Assembly (NCBI GenBank): GCA_039801085.1
Contig: JBDRTY010000001.1
Location: 236,354-300,353 of the forward strand
Length of the DNA stretch: 64,000 nt
Direction: 5' to 3'
DNA from: a candidate division WOR-3 bacterium
Lineage (GTDB): Bacteria; Hydrothermota; Tepidihabitantia; Tepidihabitantales; Tepidihabitantaceae
In this document: one piece after another, positions 29,370-38,950 of the stretch
How positions within the stretch are numbered: position 1 is the stretch's first letter
Layout: every line of letters begins with the position of its first letter
The notes under the pieces: model-generated
Database searches by the model: none
The model's input: the letters and a program-made list of their open reading frames with translations, nothing else
Told to the model about the DNA's origin: nothing
Made by a program: the position numbers and the translations under genes

Positions 29370-31754
29370 ATGCTGCTGGTCTTTGTCTGGCTATTGGGTC
29401 TGTGGACAGCAGATAATCAGCTGGATATCAACCGGGCAAACCGGGCGGAAATCGGTCAGCTGCCGGTGGATTCCATGACCGCGGACCGGATCTATGAGTA
29501 TCTGCAGCTTTACGGCCGGTTCAACAGTATCTATGATCTGCTGCAGGTTCCCGGAATTACCCCCGAGAAACTGGATGAGCTGAAGCCGGTGATTTACATC
29601 CGGCCCCGGACTTGGGAGGAGCGGGCAACAGAGAATGTCCAGCGGATTCAGCGCCGGCTGGCAGCTGAGGACAGTCCGGGCAGGGCGGTAGTGGAGGAGT
29701 GGCAGGATCTGCTGCTGGATCCGCTCAACATTAACCGCGCAACGGTAGATGAGCTGCTGCTGCTGGAGAATGTGTCGCTGGTTGATGCGGTGGCGGTCGT
29801 GAATTTCATCCGGCAGGGAGGGAGGATCACGAGCCGTCGGGATCTGGCGAGCCAGGTTCCCGGTCTTTCAACCTATGGGTATCGGGGGATGCGGAATTAT
29901 GTGACCTTTCAGGACCGGGCTGATACTGCCCGGGTCAGGATCTGGAGCGGGAACTACCGGTTGAAATACGAGAGCGGGCAGGACTGGGAGGTGCTTACCA
30001 GTGCAGAGGAGTTTACCGCAGCATTGAACAGCTTGGTTCAGGACAGCGCCCGGTTCCGGGAGGCTGGGTTTACCGAGCCGGAGCTGGCATTTTACCGGGA
30101 GAGGTTGACCCAGGAGCTGGAGTTTCGAAAAAACATGGGCAATACGGGCATAATGCGCCACCGGTTACGGGCACGGATTGGTGAACAGATCCGGGCTGGC
30201 GGACTGGTGGAGCAGAATTTATACGAAAAGCCGGGTTTCAGCGGTGTCAGGGGGTATGTGACTGTTGACAAAATCGGTCCGGTCCGGCGGCTGCTCGTCG
30301 GTGATTACCGGCTGACTCTGGGGCAGGGACTTTTAATCGATAACAATTTTGAGCTGATGGCAAGGACGCATAAGCGAACCGCCGGGCTTTTCGGCGAGCT
30401 GAATGAAAATCCCGGTTTTGGGCTCAGAGGAGCGGCGGTTGAGCTGAAATTATATCGGTCCGGCTTATTGGGATTTTATTCGCTGGCAAAGCGGGACGGA
30501 ATTCTAAATCCGGACAGCACGGTAAACTGGTATATCATTTCCACACCACGCTACCCGACATTTAAAAATTTATTCGGTCAGACCGATGCCGGAGCCAGCT
30601 GGTCCGCTGATCTTTCCCAGCTGGTGTTTCTGCCACTCGGAACGCGCCTGGGTGTAAACGGTCTTTTTTCCCGCACCAGCCGGAGTCTGCAACCGGCTGC
30701 CCGCTATCTTGAACTTCCTGGTGATGCGGAGGTCATTGATGATCCGAACTGGGCCCGGCTGGATACGGGCAGAACCCGGCTGTTTTATTCTGCCGATTTC
30801 CGGACGGTGATTAACAATTTTGCCCTGGAGGGGGAGGTTGCTCATCAGCATCGGGGTGGCAGTGCCTATCTGCTGAAGGGTTATCTGCAGCATGATCTGC
30901 TGAATCTGACCGTGCTTTACCGGCATTATGATGTCAGTTATGTCAATCCGTATAACCGCGGGTTCTGTGAGGAGCTGCGGTTTGAGGATACACCACTGGA
31001 AAAGCCCTACCGGCTCATTGACCCGGCGTATGCTGCGCTCCAGAATTTCCCGATGCCCAAAGCGGAGCAGGGGTTTTTTGCCGAGATGCGCTATCAGATC
31101 TCCCGGCAGATTACCTTTACCCGTGCCTATCTTGATGTCTGGCGCAACCTTGCATATGGGGCGGACAATTTCCGGTTTCAGGCGGAAATGGAATACCGCC
31201 CGGTTTTTCCACTGCGGCTGCGCTTCCGGCAGAAGGTTCAGTTGAAGGAGCGACCGAGGCTGGTGCTGGGAACCGGCTCACTGTCCCTTGAGTCCTCACT
31301 GCGGGCACTGGTTTCGCTTTCCAACTGGGACTATCTGACTGGCGAACTGCGGTACAGCAGAACCCGGCTGACGCCAACGATGAAATACGATGACCGGGCG
31401 AGTATTGACGGCGACTTTGTGCTCGTGCAGTGGGAGCACAATTTTTCGGACGATTTTCAGGGGGAGCTGGGAATTGCCGGCTGGCGCAGCGGCGGCATGT
31501 CGAACTGGATGTTTGAGGACAACGGGATTGATTTTGTTGACGGCGACGGGTGCAAGTGGTATCTGGCATTGACTAACCGCCTGACCAATAATCTCCTTGT
31601 TTACCTGAAGTTCCGGCAGAAGTTAAGCATATTTCCCCATACCGGGCTGAGTGGAAATGAGGGCATCCATTATCCGGAAGGCATGCCGGTTCGGGATTTT
31701 ATGAGTCAGAGCCGGCGGTTTGATATCTGGCTGCAGATTGATTTTCTCTGGTGA
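29370..31754 (+). CDS. Two ComEA-like helix-hairpin-helix domains fused to a large outer-membrane barrel
   Basis: LDINRANRAEIGQLP...LLQVPGIT and PLNINRATVDELLLL... HhH_3-like repeats; amphipathic strands; C-terminal WLQIDFLW. Confidence 0.75.
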   Translation: MLLVFVWLLGLWTADNQLDINRANRAEIGQLPVDSMTADRIYEYLQLYGRFNSIYDLLQVPGITPEKLDELKPVIYIRPRTWEERATENVQRIQRRLAAEDSPGRAVVEEWQDLLLDPLNINRATVDELLLLENVSLVDAVAVVNFIRQGGRITSRRDLASQVPGLSTYGYRGMRNYVTFQDRADTARVRIWSGNYRLKYESGQDWEVLTSAEEFTAALNSLVQDSARFREAGFTEPELAFYRERLTQELEFRKNMGNTGIMRHRLRARIGEQIRAGGLVEQNLYEKPGFSGVRGYVTVDKIGPVRRLLVGDYRLTLGQGLLIDNNFELMARTHKRTAGLFGELNENPGFGLRGAAVELKLYRSGLLGFYSLAKRDGILNPDSTVNWYIISTPRYPTFKNLFGQTDAGASWSADLSQLVFLPLGTRLGVNGLFSRTSRSLQPAARYLELPGDAEVIDDPNWARLDTGRTRLFYSADFRTVINNFALEGEVAHQHRGGSAYLLKGYLQHDLLNLTVLYRHYDVSYVNPYNRGFCEELRFEDTPLEKPYRLIDPAYAALQNFPMPKAEQGFFAEMRYQISRQITFTRAYLDVWRNLAYGADNFRFQAEMEYRPVFPLRLRFRQKVQLKERPRLVLGTGSLSLESSLRALVSLSNWDYLTGELRYSRTRLTPTMKYDDRASIDGDFVLVQWEHNFSDDFQGELGIAGWRSGGMSNWMFEDNGIDFVDGDGCKWYLALTNRLTNNLLVYLKFRQKLSIFPHTGLSGNEGIHYPEGMPVRDFMSQSRRFDIWLQIDFLW

Positions 31755-31763
31755 GGAGGTACA

Positions 31764-32864
31764 GTGAAATTGAGATTCTGGAAAGTTCTGCTCAGCTTAC
31801 TTGCCGGTGGAACCGGTGCATTTGCCAGTGTGCCGGTGCGAAACTGGTGGGGCGAGGAGCTGACTGTTGAGCCATCAGGCATATTCCTTTATCCTTCAAA
31901 ACTGACGGGTTACCGCGGAGCAGCAGTCTTTGCCGGACTGGGCAGCAGCATGCTGAGCGAGGAGCGGACCCGGCTGGTATACGACCAGTTTGAGAATACG
32001 ATCGGCGAGGCGGCGTATGCAGATAACATCAGCTGGTCGCTGTATTTCGGACCTTTTGCCGGTGTTTATCGCTGGAGGGGATTCGGTTTCGGTGCCGGGC
32101 TGGCACAGATCCGGGATTTCAGCTATCAGTACCTGAAGGAATATCTGGACGATTTTTATGTGAAAATCGGTGAGGACCGGGTTGAGCAGTCAGGCGGCAT
32201 CTGGAACGGAGTGCTTGCGGTCGGATACAGTCCGGTTTCGTGGCTTGAGATCGGTGCCGGAGGAAGATATCTTTATGGTCAGCGCAGACTGGAACAGGTG
32301 CACATCCGGGTACCGGAGACCTCAGTGGTCAGCTTGAAAAACAGCATCAGGGGTGCGGGCTGGCAGGCAGGTGCGGGGTTTGTTTCCCGCGCCGGCTGGA
32401 GGGTGGATGCGTGTTACCAGTCAGGTGTCCGGTTTGGCAGCGAGGATTCAGATGCACTCAGGAAACTACCCTGGTGTGCCGGTATCGCTGCGGAATTGAA
32501 TGTCCCGGGTGCGCTGCCAGCAAGAATGCTTGCGGAGGCAAAGCTGTCCGGCTGGTCTGAAGTGGATTCCGGTTTCCGGAATGTGCTGAGCGTGCGGGCG
32601 GGGATTGAGCATCGGCTGCTCAATCGGGTGCGGATGAGCTACGGGTTCGGTGTCGACCCGCTCTTTTCCAATTCCGCGGTGCACCGGCTTCTGGGGCGGT
32701 TCGGGCTTGGATTTGATGTCAGCCGGCTGCGGCTGGATTTTAATCTTCAGGCGAGCCGGGAGGAACTTGATGCCGGAGATTTTGCCCTGCCGGTGGAACC
32801 GGCAGACATACGGGTTTATCAGGACCGAATCTGTCTGATGCTTAATTTCCGTTATGATATTTAG
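31764..32864 (+). CDS. Putative outer-membrane beta-barrel (FadL/OmpP1-like)
   Basis: Signal peptide, alternating aromatic/Gly strands, C-terminal LMLNFRYDI. Confidence 0.55.
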   Translation: MKLRFWKVLLSLLAGGTGAFASVPVRNWWGEELTVEPSGIFLYPSKLTGYRGAAVFAGLGSSMLSEERTRLVYDQFENTIGEAAYADNISWSLYFGPFAGVYRWRGFGFGAGLAQIRDFSYQYLKEYLDDFYVKIGEDRVEQSGGIWNGVLAVGYSPVSWLEIGAGGRYLYGQRRLEQVHIRVPETSVVSLKNSIRGAGWQAGAGFVSRAGWRVDACYQSGVRFGSEDSDALRKLPWCAGIAAELNVPGALPARMLAEAKLSGWSEVDSGFRNVLSVRAGIEHRLLNRVRMSYGFGVDPLFSNSAVHRLLGRFGLGFDVSRLRLDFNLQASREELDAGDFALPVEPADIRVYQDRICLMLNFRYDI

Positions 32865-32870
32865 GGGCAG

Positions 32871-34409
32871 ATGGGAAGAAAACAGGTGAAGTTCCGCCGT
32901 TTCGGGCTGTTCGTCAGTCTGCTGCTGGTCACCGCTGCGGCAGATGCTGAAATTCAGCATCTGATTATTGTCCATACCAATGATATCCATGGGGCCCTGC
33001 TGCCGGCTGAGGCTTACTGGCTGGATAACAACTTTCCGCCCCCGCTGGCTAACGCCGCAGGAGCGGTGACGGTAATTCGGGAGTTGCGGGATTCAGCGGT
33101 TCGGCACGGATACGGATTTCTGCTGCTGGATGGTGGTGATATCTTCAAGGGAACGCCGGTAGGGGATTTCACCCGCGGCCAGGCGGTCATCGACTTTTTC
33201 CGGCAGGCAGGGTATGATGCGGTTGCGCCTGGCAATCACGATTTTGATTTCGGCTGGCAGGTGCTGAAGGAGCTGGCTGATTCCTCCCGGATTCCTTGGA
33301 TCGCAACCAATGTCCGGGTACCGGATGGCGACAGTCCGCCCGGTTATCTGAAGCGGAGCTGCATTTTTGAACGGGGCGGTATCAAGATTGGCATCCTGGG
33401 GTTTTTGACCAAGTATCTTTACGGTATGGTGAACGAGTCGCTGACGGGCGGGCTTAATATTCTCCCTTATTATGATATTGCCCGGGAAGAGGTGACGAAA
33501 CTGCGGGAAGCCGGGGCTGAGATCGTCATTGCACTCAATCATATCGGTTACACCCACGATCAGCGGTTTGCCGATTCAGTATCCGGGGTGGATGTGATTA
33601 TCGGTGCGCACAGCCATACCGGTGTTGAGCCGCCTTACGAGAGTCCGAAGAACCATGTCATCATCCAGCAGGCGTATTCAAAACTGAGTTCAATCGGGGT
33701 GCTGGATATCCGTTTTGACACCAGAAGTCGACGCATTGTCGGTTATGAGGGCAGGTTGATTGATCTGCTCGCCGATGAGGTGCCCATGGATTCTATTTAT
33801 TCCCGGCGGCTGGATTCAATCCGGCAGACTGCGGAGAAGGGGTTTGATGAGGTTCTGGGCTATTCACGGCGTGAGCTGACCCGGGGCGGATTTACCGAAA
33901 CACCGATGGGGAATCTGATTACCGATGCCATGCGGGAGCGCTTCGGCACGGAAATTGCGGTGCACAATTCCGCCGGTATCCGGGCAAACATCCCTGCCGG
34001 TCCGGTGACCTATCGCCACATTTATCAGGTGGATGTTTTCGGGAATACCGTGGTTACCGGCAGGTATACCGGCAGACAGATCAGGGAGATTCTGGAGGTG
34101 TCGGTAAACGGACATCATGCAATCTTTCAGGTTTCAGGGGTGAAAATGAGATACTCGCTGAAGCGGCCGATCGGGGAAAGAGTATTGTGGGTGGAAGTTA
34201 ATGGTGCCCCGCTTGACTCGAACCGGATTTATACTCTGGCAACCAATTCCTATCTGGCGTCCGGGACCGGTGAATACCACATCTTTGCTGAGGGCGCTGA
34301 TCTGGAGGACAGCTTTCTCCCGTTGCGCGATGTGCTGGCGGACTACATCCGGCGTCATTCTCCGGTGGATGCCAGGATTGAGGGCAGAATTGTGCTGATT
34401 GACCAATGA
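32871..34409 (+). CDS. Exported bifunctional metallophosphatase / 5'-nucleotidase (UshA-like)
   Basis: HTNDIHG, LDGGD, PGNHDFD, LNHIG, GAHSH; 5'-nucleotidase C-terminal domain (NSAGIRA, FQVSG). Confidence 0.92.
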   Translation: MGRKQVKFRRFGLFVSLLLVTAAADAEIQHLIIVHTNDIHGALLPAEAYWLDNNFPPPLANAAGAVTVIRELRDSAVRHGYGFLLLDGGDIFKGTPVGDFTRGQAVIDFFRQAGYDAVAPGNHDFDFGWQVLKELADSSRIPWIATNVRVPDGDSPPGYLKRSCIFERGGIKIGILGFLTKYLYGMVNESLTGGLNILPYYDIAREEVTKLREAGAEIVIALNHIGYTHDQRFADSVSGVDVIIGAHSHTGVEPPYESPKNHVIIQQAYSKLSSIGVLDIRFDTRSRRIVGYEGRLIDLLADEVPMDSIYSRRLDSIRQTAEKGFDEVLGYSRRELTRGGFTETPMGNLITDAMRERFGTEIAVHNSAGIRANIPAGPVTYRHIYQVDVFGNTVVTGRYTGRQIREILEVSVNGHHAIFQVSGVKMRYSLKRPIGERVLWVEVNGAPLDSNRIYTLATNSYLASGTGEYHIFAEGADLEDSFLPLRDVLADYIRRHSPVDARIEGRIVLIDQ

Positions 34410-36028
34410 AAATCTGGCAGTTGAAACCGGCGGACGAAAGGCAGATTCAGAGTGTGGCTGAGGGGTGTGGTATTTCCCGGGAGTTTGCCCGGATGCTGGT
34501 TGTGCGCGGGGTTACGACCGGAGACGATGTTCGCATCTGGCTGCACCCGCGCCTCTCCGACCTCCATCCCAGCGAGCTCCTGCCGGATTTCGAGCCGGCA
34601 GTGAACCGGATTCAGCAGGCGATTGCACACCGGGAGCGGATTCTGGTCTGGGGGCATGATGACCTGGACGGGATTACTGCGGTTCTGGTCATGGTGAAGG
34701 TGCTGAGCAGTCTGCAGGCGGATGTTGATTATCATATTCCGGTAAAGGGCAGAGATAAGCATGGGCTTGATGCCCGGCTGGTGGCAGGTCTGCCGGCAGA
34801 AAAGAAACCGGGGCTGATCATCACGGTTGACTGCGGAATTTCCAATCACAGCGATATTGCCGGGCTGAGACAGCAGGGGGTGGAGGTAATTGTCACGGAT
34901 CATCATGAGGTGGTCATGCCTTTACCGCCAGCGCTGGCGGTGGTTGATCCGAAGCGCAGTGACAGCGAATATCCCTACAGACAGCTGACCGGTGCCGGCG
35001 TGGCACTGAAGCTGATGATGGGGCTGGTGGCACACCGGCTCGGCTTGAGCGTTACTCAGTTTGTTTCCGCTCAGCCGGAGCTGCTGGAGCTGGTGACACT
35101 GGGGACAGTGGCGGACCGGGCGCCCCTGACCGGTGAAAACCGCATTCTGGTGAAACTGGGGTTTGACCGGCTGATGAAGACCAGGCTGCCGGCGCTGCGC
35201 GCGGTGCTGGACAACTTGAGAAACGGGAATGAACCGTTGACGGTATCAACATTTCTTACTGAGCTGCTGCCGCTGTTTGCCGCGGCGAACGGCAGTGAGG
35301 GGGTAAGAAAATTTCTTTCCCGGGATCTGGCAGAAGTGCAGGCGTGGGTGAAAGAATTGACAGTCCGCAGTCAGGAGTGGCGGCAGGAGGCGGAAAGGAC
35401 ATTTCAGCTGGCACAGGCGCATGTCCGGCTCGGTGACGGCATTCTGTTTGTTCAGCATCCGGAGCTGTCGCTCCGGGCGCTGGGGTTCAGTGCCGCACGA
35501 TTGAAGGACCGGTATCAGGTGCCGGCAATTGTCATCGGCCGGCGGGATGATGTCTGGGTCGGCGAGTGCCGGGGTATTGAGGGTGTGGATCTGATGGAGC
35601 TTTTGCGTGCCCACCGCAACTTCTTTATTGATTTCGGCGGGCACAAGAAGGCAGCCGGATTTACCATCAGCCCGGACCGGGTGGATGAGTTCATCATTTC
35701 GGCGGAGCGGTTCGCCCACGAAAACTTTGCCGGCAGAATCATGCCGGAGAATCAGCTGACTGCAGATGCAGCCCTGCCCTTTTCCCGGTTCAATACCGAG
35801 ATCTGCCGGCTGGCACCGTTTGGGGAGGGGAACCCGGAGCCGGTTCTGATTTCCGAGCCGGTCCGCCTGATTCTCCAAGATAAGGGCTTTGTGCCTGACA
35901 CCCGCCCGGATTTGGTTCTCTTCTGCCGTCGGAGCGGTCTGGAGATTCAGCCGGAGATTTCCTATTCGGTCCTGTATTCCGTTGATGACCTGTGCCGGCT
36001 CTGGCTCATTGATCTCCAGCCCGTATAA
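34406..36028 (+). CDS. recJ: Single-stranded DNA exonuclease RecJ-like (DHH/DHHA1)
   Basis: GHDDLDG, ITVDCG, VTDHH, GTVAD, FGGHKKAAG, LAPFGEGNPEP; central region divergent. Confidence 0.8.
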   Translation: MKIWQLKPADERQIQSVAEGCGISREFARMLVVRGVTTGDDVRIWLHPRLSDLHPSELLPDFEPAVNRIQQAIAHRERILVWGHDDLDGITAVLVMVKVLSSLQADVDYHIPVKGRDKHGLDARLVAGLPAEKKPGLIITVDCGISNHSDIAGLRQQGVEVIVTDHHEVVMPLPPALAVVDPKRSDSEYPYRQLTGAGVALKLMMGLVAHRLGLSVTQFVSAQPELLELVTLGTVADRAPLTGENRILVKLGFDRLMKTRLPALRAVLDNLRNGNEPLTVSTFLTELLPLFAAANGSEGVRKFLSRDLAEVQAWVKELTVRSQEWRQEAERTFQLAQAHVRLGDGILFVQHPELSLRALGFSAARLKDRYQVPAIVIGRRDDVWVGECRGIEGVDLMELLRAHRNFFIDFGGHKKAAGFTISPDRVDEFIISAERFAHENFAGRIMPENQLTADAALPFSRFNTEICRLAPFGEGNPEPVLISEPVRLILQDKGFVPDTRPDLVLFCRRSGLEIQPEISYSVLYSVDDLCRLWLIDLQPV

Positions 36029-36033
36029 ATCCT

Positions 36034-37200
36034 GTGTCCCCGGCAAAAATTTCCATTACCCGCCGGAAATCGGCACGCGGCCATCTCTGGGTGTTCGCGG
36101 ATGAAATTAAGAGAATTGAAGGGGAGCCGGGTAAAGGTGATCTGGTCCGGGTATATGAGCACGGCAGGCTGGTCGGTTCCGGGATGTTCAATCCCGATTC
36201 GCTGATCCGGGTCCGGCTTTACTCGTTCCGCGATGAGGAGCTGGATGAGGAGCTGCTGGTTCAGCGGCTGACGGCAGCGCATCGGCGGCGCCAGCAGAAA
36301 CTGCCTCAGGAACAGGATTTCCGGCTGGTATTCGGAGAGAGTGATTTTCTGCCCGGACTGGTGATTGACAAATATGGCGATCACTTTGCGGTTCAGGTTT
36401 ATGCTGCGGGGTTTGACCGCCGCATCGAAATGGTGGTCAGTGCGCTGTGCCGGCTGTTTCCGGCAAAGGCGATCTATGAGAAGGATGACATCAAGCTCCG
36501 GGAGCCCGAAGGACTGGAGCGCCGGGAACGGCTGCTATACGGTCAGCCGAATCCGGACCTCATCATCTCGGAGAATGGAGTCCGGTTTTATGTGGACATC
36601 GCCGGCGGGCAGAAGACCGGTTACTTCTTCGACCACCGGCTCACCCGCAGGAAGGTCCGGCGTCTGGCACGAAACCGCCGGGTGCTGGATGTGTTCTGCT
36701 ACACCGGTTCCTTTGCAATTAATGCGGCACTGGGCGGGGCAACCGAGGTGATTGCGGTTGATATTTCGTCCGAAGCCTGCCGCTGGGCAGAGCGGAACGC
36801 CCGCCTGAACGGGGTTGAGGCGCGCTGCCGGTTTGTCACCGCCGATGCCTTTGAATACCTGCAGGAACTTCAGGCGTGCGGTGAGCGGTTTGACCTGATC
36901 AATCTTGACCCGCCCGCATTTATCAAGAGCCAGAAGCAGAAGGTGTCCGGGATCCGGGGCTATGAGAAGATCAACCGGCTGGCACTGGCACTACTGAAAC
37001 CCGGCGGGATTCTGGTCTCTTCATCCTGTTCCCATTATCTGTTCTGGCAGGACCTGCTGGATGTGGTCAGCAATGCCGCCGCCGAACTTAACCGGCAGTT
37101 TGTTATCCTTGACCGTTCCACTCAGGGCCCGGACCATCCGGTTCTGCCGCAGATGCCCGAATCTGAATACCTGCGCTGTCTCATTGTTCAGGTGAATTAG
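36034..37200 (+). CDS. RlmI-family PUA-domain SAM-dependent rRNA m5C methyltransferase
   Basis: GHLWVF, GESDFLPGLVID, GQKTGYFFD, LDVFCYTGSF, LDPPAF, SSCS. Confidence 0.9.
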   Translation: MSPAKISITRRKSARGHLWVFADEIKRIEGEPGKGDLVRVYEHGRLVGSGMFNPDSLIRVRLYSFRDEELDEELLVQRLTAAHRRRQQKLPQEQDFRLVFGESDFLPGLVIDKYGDHFAVQVYAAGFDRRIEMVVSALCRLFPAKAIYEKDDIKLREPEGLERRERLLYGQPNPDLIISENGVRFYVDIAGGQKTGYFFDHRLTRRKVRRLARNRRVLDVFCYTGSFAINAALGGATEVIAVDISSEACRWAERNARLNGVEARCRFVTADAFEYLQELQACGERFDLINLDPPAFIKSQKQKVSGIRGYEKINRLALALLKPGGILVSSSCSHYLFWQDLLDVVSNAAAELNRQFVILDRSTQGPDHPVLPQMPESEYLRCLIVQVN

Positions 37201-37703
37201 ACCTGAAATTTTACCTTTCTGCTGAAGATTGAGTCTGATATCACCAGAAGAGGATCCGGCAGGAAGACACGGGCGACCGGTGGCAGGACACTGCGGGGAG
37301 CCGGGCAGACAGCAGAACCGAAAACCGAGGGCGAGACAGGGGTTGAACTGGGATGCGGAGTTCGGCCTGAACTGAGGCTGGCGTCAGGCTTCTGAGCGAG
37401 CGTCGGGGCAGGACCTGCAGCCGGACCGGGGCTAGCCCCCGGCTACCCCCTCCGAAACAAATTCCGGGTATAACATTGTTTTAAGTGCCAGCCTGATAAT
37501 TACTTAGAGACAGAAGTTAAACGATACATTAACAAGAAGTAGTTATGGAGGTGAAAGGGAAGGGGAGGTGTAAGCAAGAGGCTCGGTTTAACTGTCACCC
37601 GGGTGGTTTGTTTCCGGTTACGGTCCGGCAGTCATGCATCGGGTTAATTATTCCTTAAATTTTCTTGACTTGTAGTCTTGCTGATTTATCATATTTTCTT
37701 AGC

Positions 37704-38096
37704 ATGAGTTCACAGGACAACTCCCAGCTTGTTTCCCAAATTGAAGAGTTGAGCGGTCAGCGTGTCAGTGAGTGTTACCAGTGCGGCTGCTGTACTGCGG
37801 GCTGTCCGGTTGGCGAGCTGATGGATCCGCCACCGAACCGGGCGATCCGGTTGCTGCAGCTCGGCCGGGCGCAGGAGCTTTTGGCAAGTGAAGGGATCTG
37901 GGTGTGTGCCAGCTGTCTTGTGTGCGGGAACCGCTGTCCGCGCAATGTGGATTATGCCAAAATTGCCGAGGCGTGCCGGGCACTGATTCTGCGGGCAAAG
38001 CGGAGCCAGGTTGATCCCGATGTGGTGAATGATCAGGACCTGCAGGATGTGCCGCAGCAGGCGTTTATCGCCAGTTTCCGGAAGTTTTCGGTATGA
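37704..38096 (+). CDS. hdrC: Heterodisulfide reductase subunit C
   Basis: CYQCGCCTAGCP and CASCLVCGNRCP. ATG 37704 preferred; the TTG at 37665 matches a -35 hexamer. Confidence 0.9.
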   Translation: MSSQDNSQLVSQIEELSGQRVSECYQCGCCTAGCPVGELMDPPPNRAIRLLQLGRAQELLASEGIWVCASCLVCGNRCPRNVDYAKIAEACRALILRAKRSQVDPDVVNDQDLQDVPQQAFIASFRKFSV

Positions 38097-38950
38097 AGTA
38101 TCCCTACTATCCGGGCTGTACCCTTTATTCCAAGGCGAGAAATCTGGACCGGTGCGGCCGGCTCGCAGCGGCGCGGGCAGGTTTTGAGCTTGAGGAGCTG
38201 CCTTCCTGGAACTGCTGTGGTGCAATTTACAATACCAATACTGATGATCTGGCAGCTCAGGTCGGACCGGTCCGGGTGCTGGCAAAGGCAAGTCAGCAGG
38301 GCAGACGGCTGGTGACCCTTTGTGCCGCCTGTTACAATGTGCTGAAGCGGGCGAATGAGCGTCTGCATGCCACCGGTTTTGAGCAGGACCGGCAGCGGAT
38401 TCTGGAGTTTGTTGATGAGCCATTTGAACAGGATGTTGAGGTTGTGCATTACCTTGAGGTGCTCAAGGAGCTGGGCTGGGATGCTTTAAGAGCGCGGGTG
38501 GTGCGTTCCCTGAACGGTCTGAAGGTGGCATCCTATTACGGCTGTCTGATGGTGCGGCCCAGGGAGGTGCTGAAGTTTGATGATCCGGAGAATCCGGTGG
38601 TGATGGATCAGCTGATTGCGGCGCTGGGCGGAGAGCCGGTGCGGTTTGATTTCAAGGCGGAGTGCTGTGGCGGGTATCTGGTGGTGAACCGGCGTCCGGT
38701 TGCCGATGCCTGCTCCCTGCGGGTGGTGGAGAACGCCCGGACCTGGGGGGCAGAGGCGCTCGTGACCACCTGTCCGCTCTGTCAGTACAATCTGGAAACC
38801 GCCCAGCTGCGCCGGGAAACAGTACTGACACCGGTTTTTTATTTCACTCAGCTGCTCGGCTTGGCGCTGGGGCTGGAGCCACCGGAGCTGGGTTTTGAGG
38901 ATAACAGGTCGGACCCGGTGCCGTTTCTGAAGGAGAAGGGGCTGTTGTGA
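38093..38950 (+). CDS. hdrB: Heterodisulfide reductase subunit B
   Basis: Two CCG domains: YYPGC/WNCCG/CAAC and YYGC/ECCGG/CPLC. Confidence 0.93.
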   Translation: MKYPYYPGCTLYSKARNLDRCGRLAAARAGFELEELPSWNCCGAIYNTNTDDLAAQVGPVRVLAKASQQGRRLVTLCAACYNVLKRANERLHATGFEQDRQRILEFVDEPFEQDVEVVHYLEVLKELGWDALRARVVRSLNGLKVASYYGCLMVRPREVLKFDDPENPVVMDQLIAALGGEPVRFDFKAECCGGYLVVNRRPVADACSLRVVENARTWGAEALVTTCPLCQYNLETAQLRRETVLTPVFYFTQLLGLALGLEPPELGFEDNRSDPVPFLKEKGLL

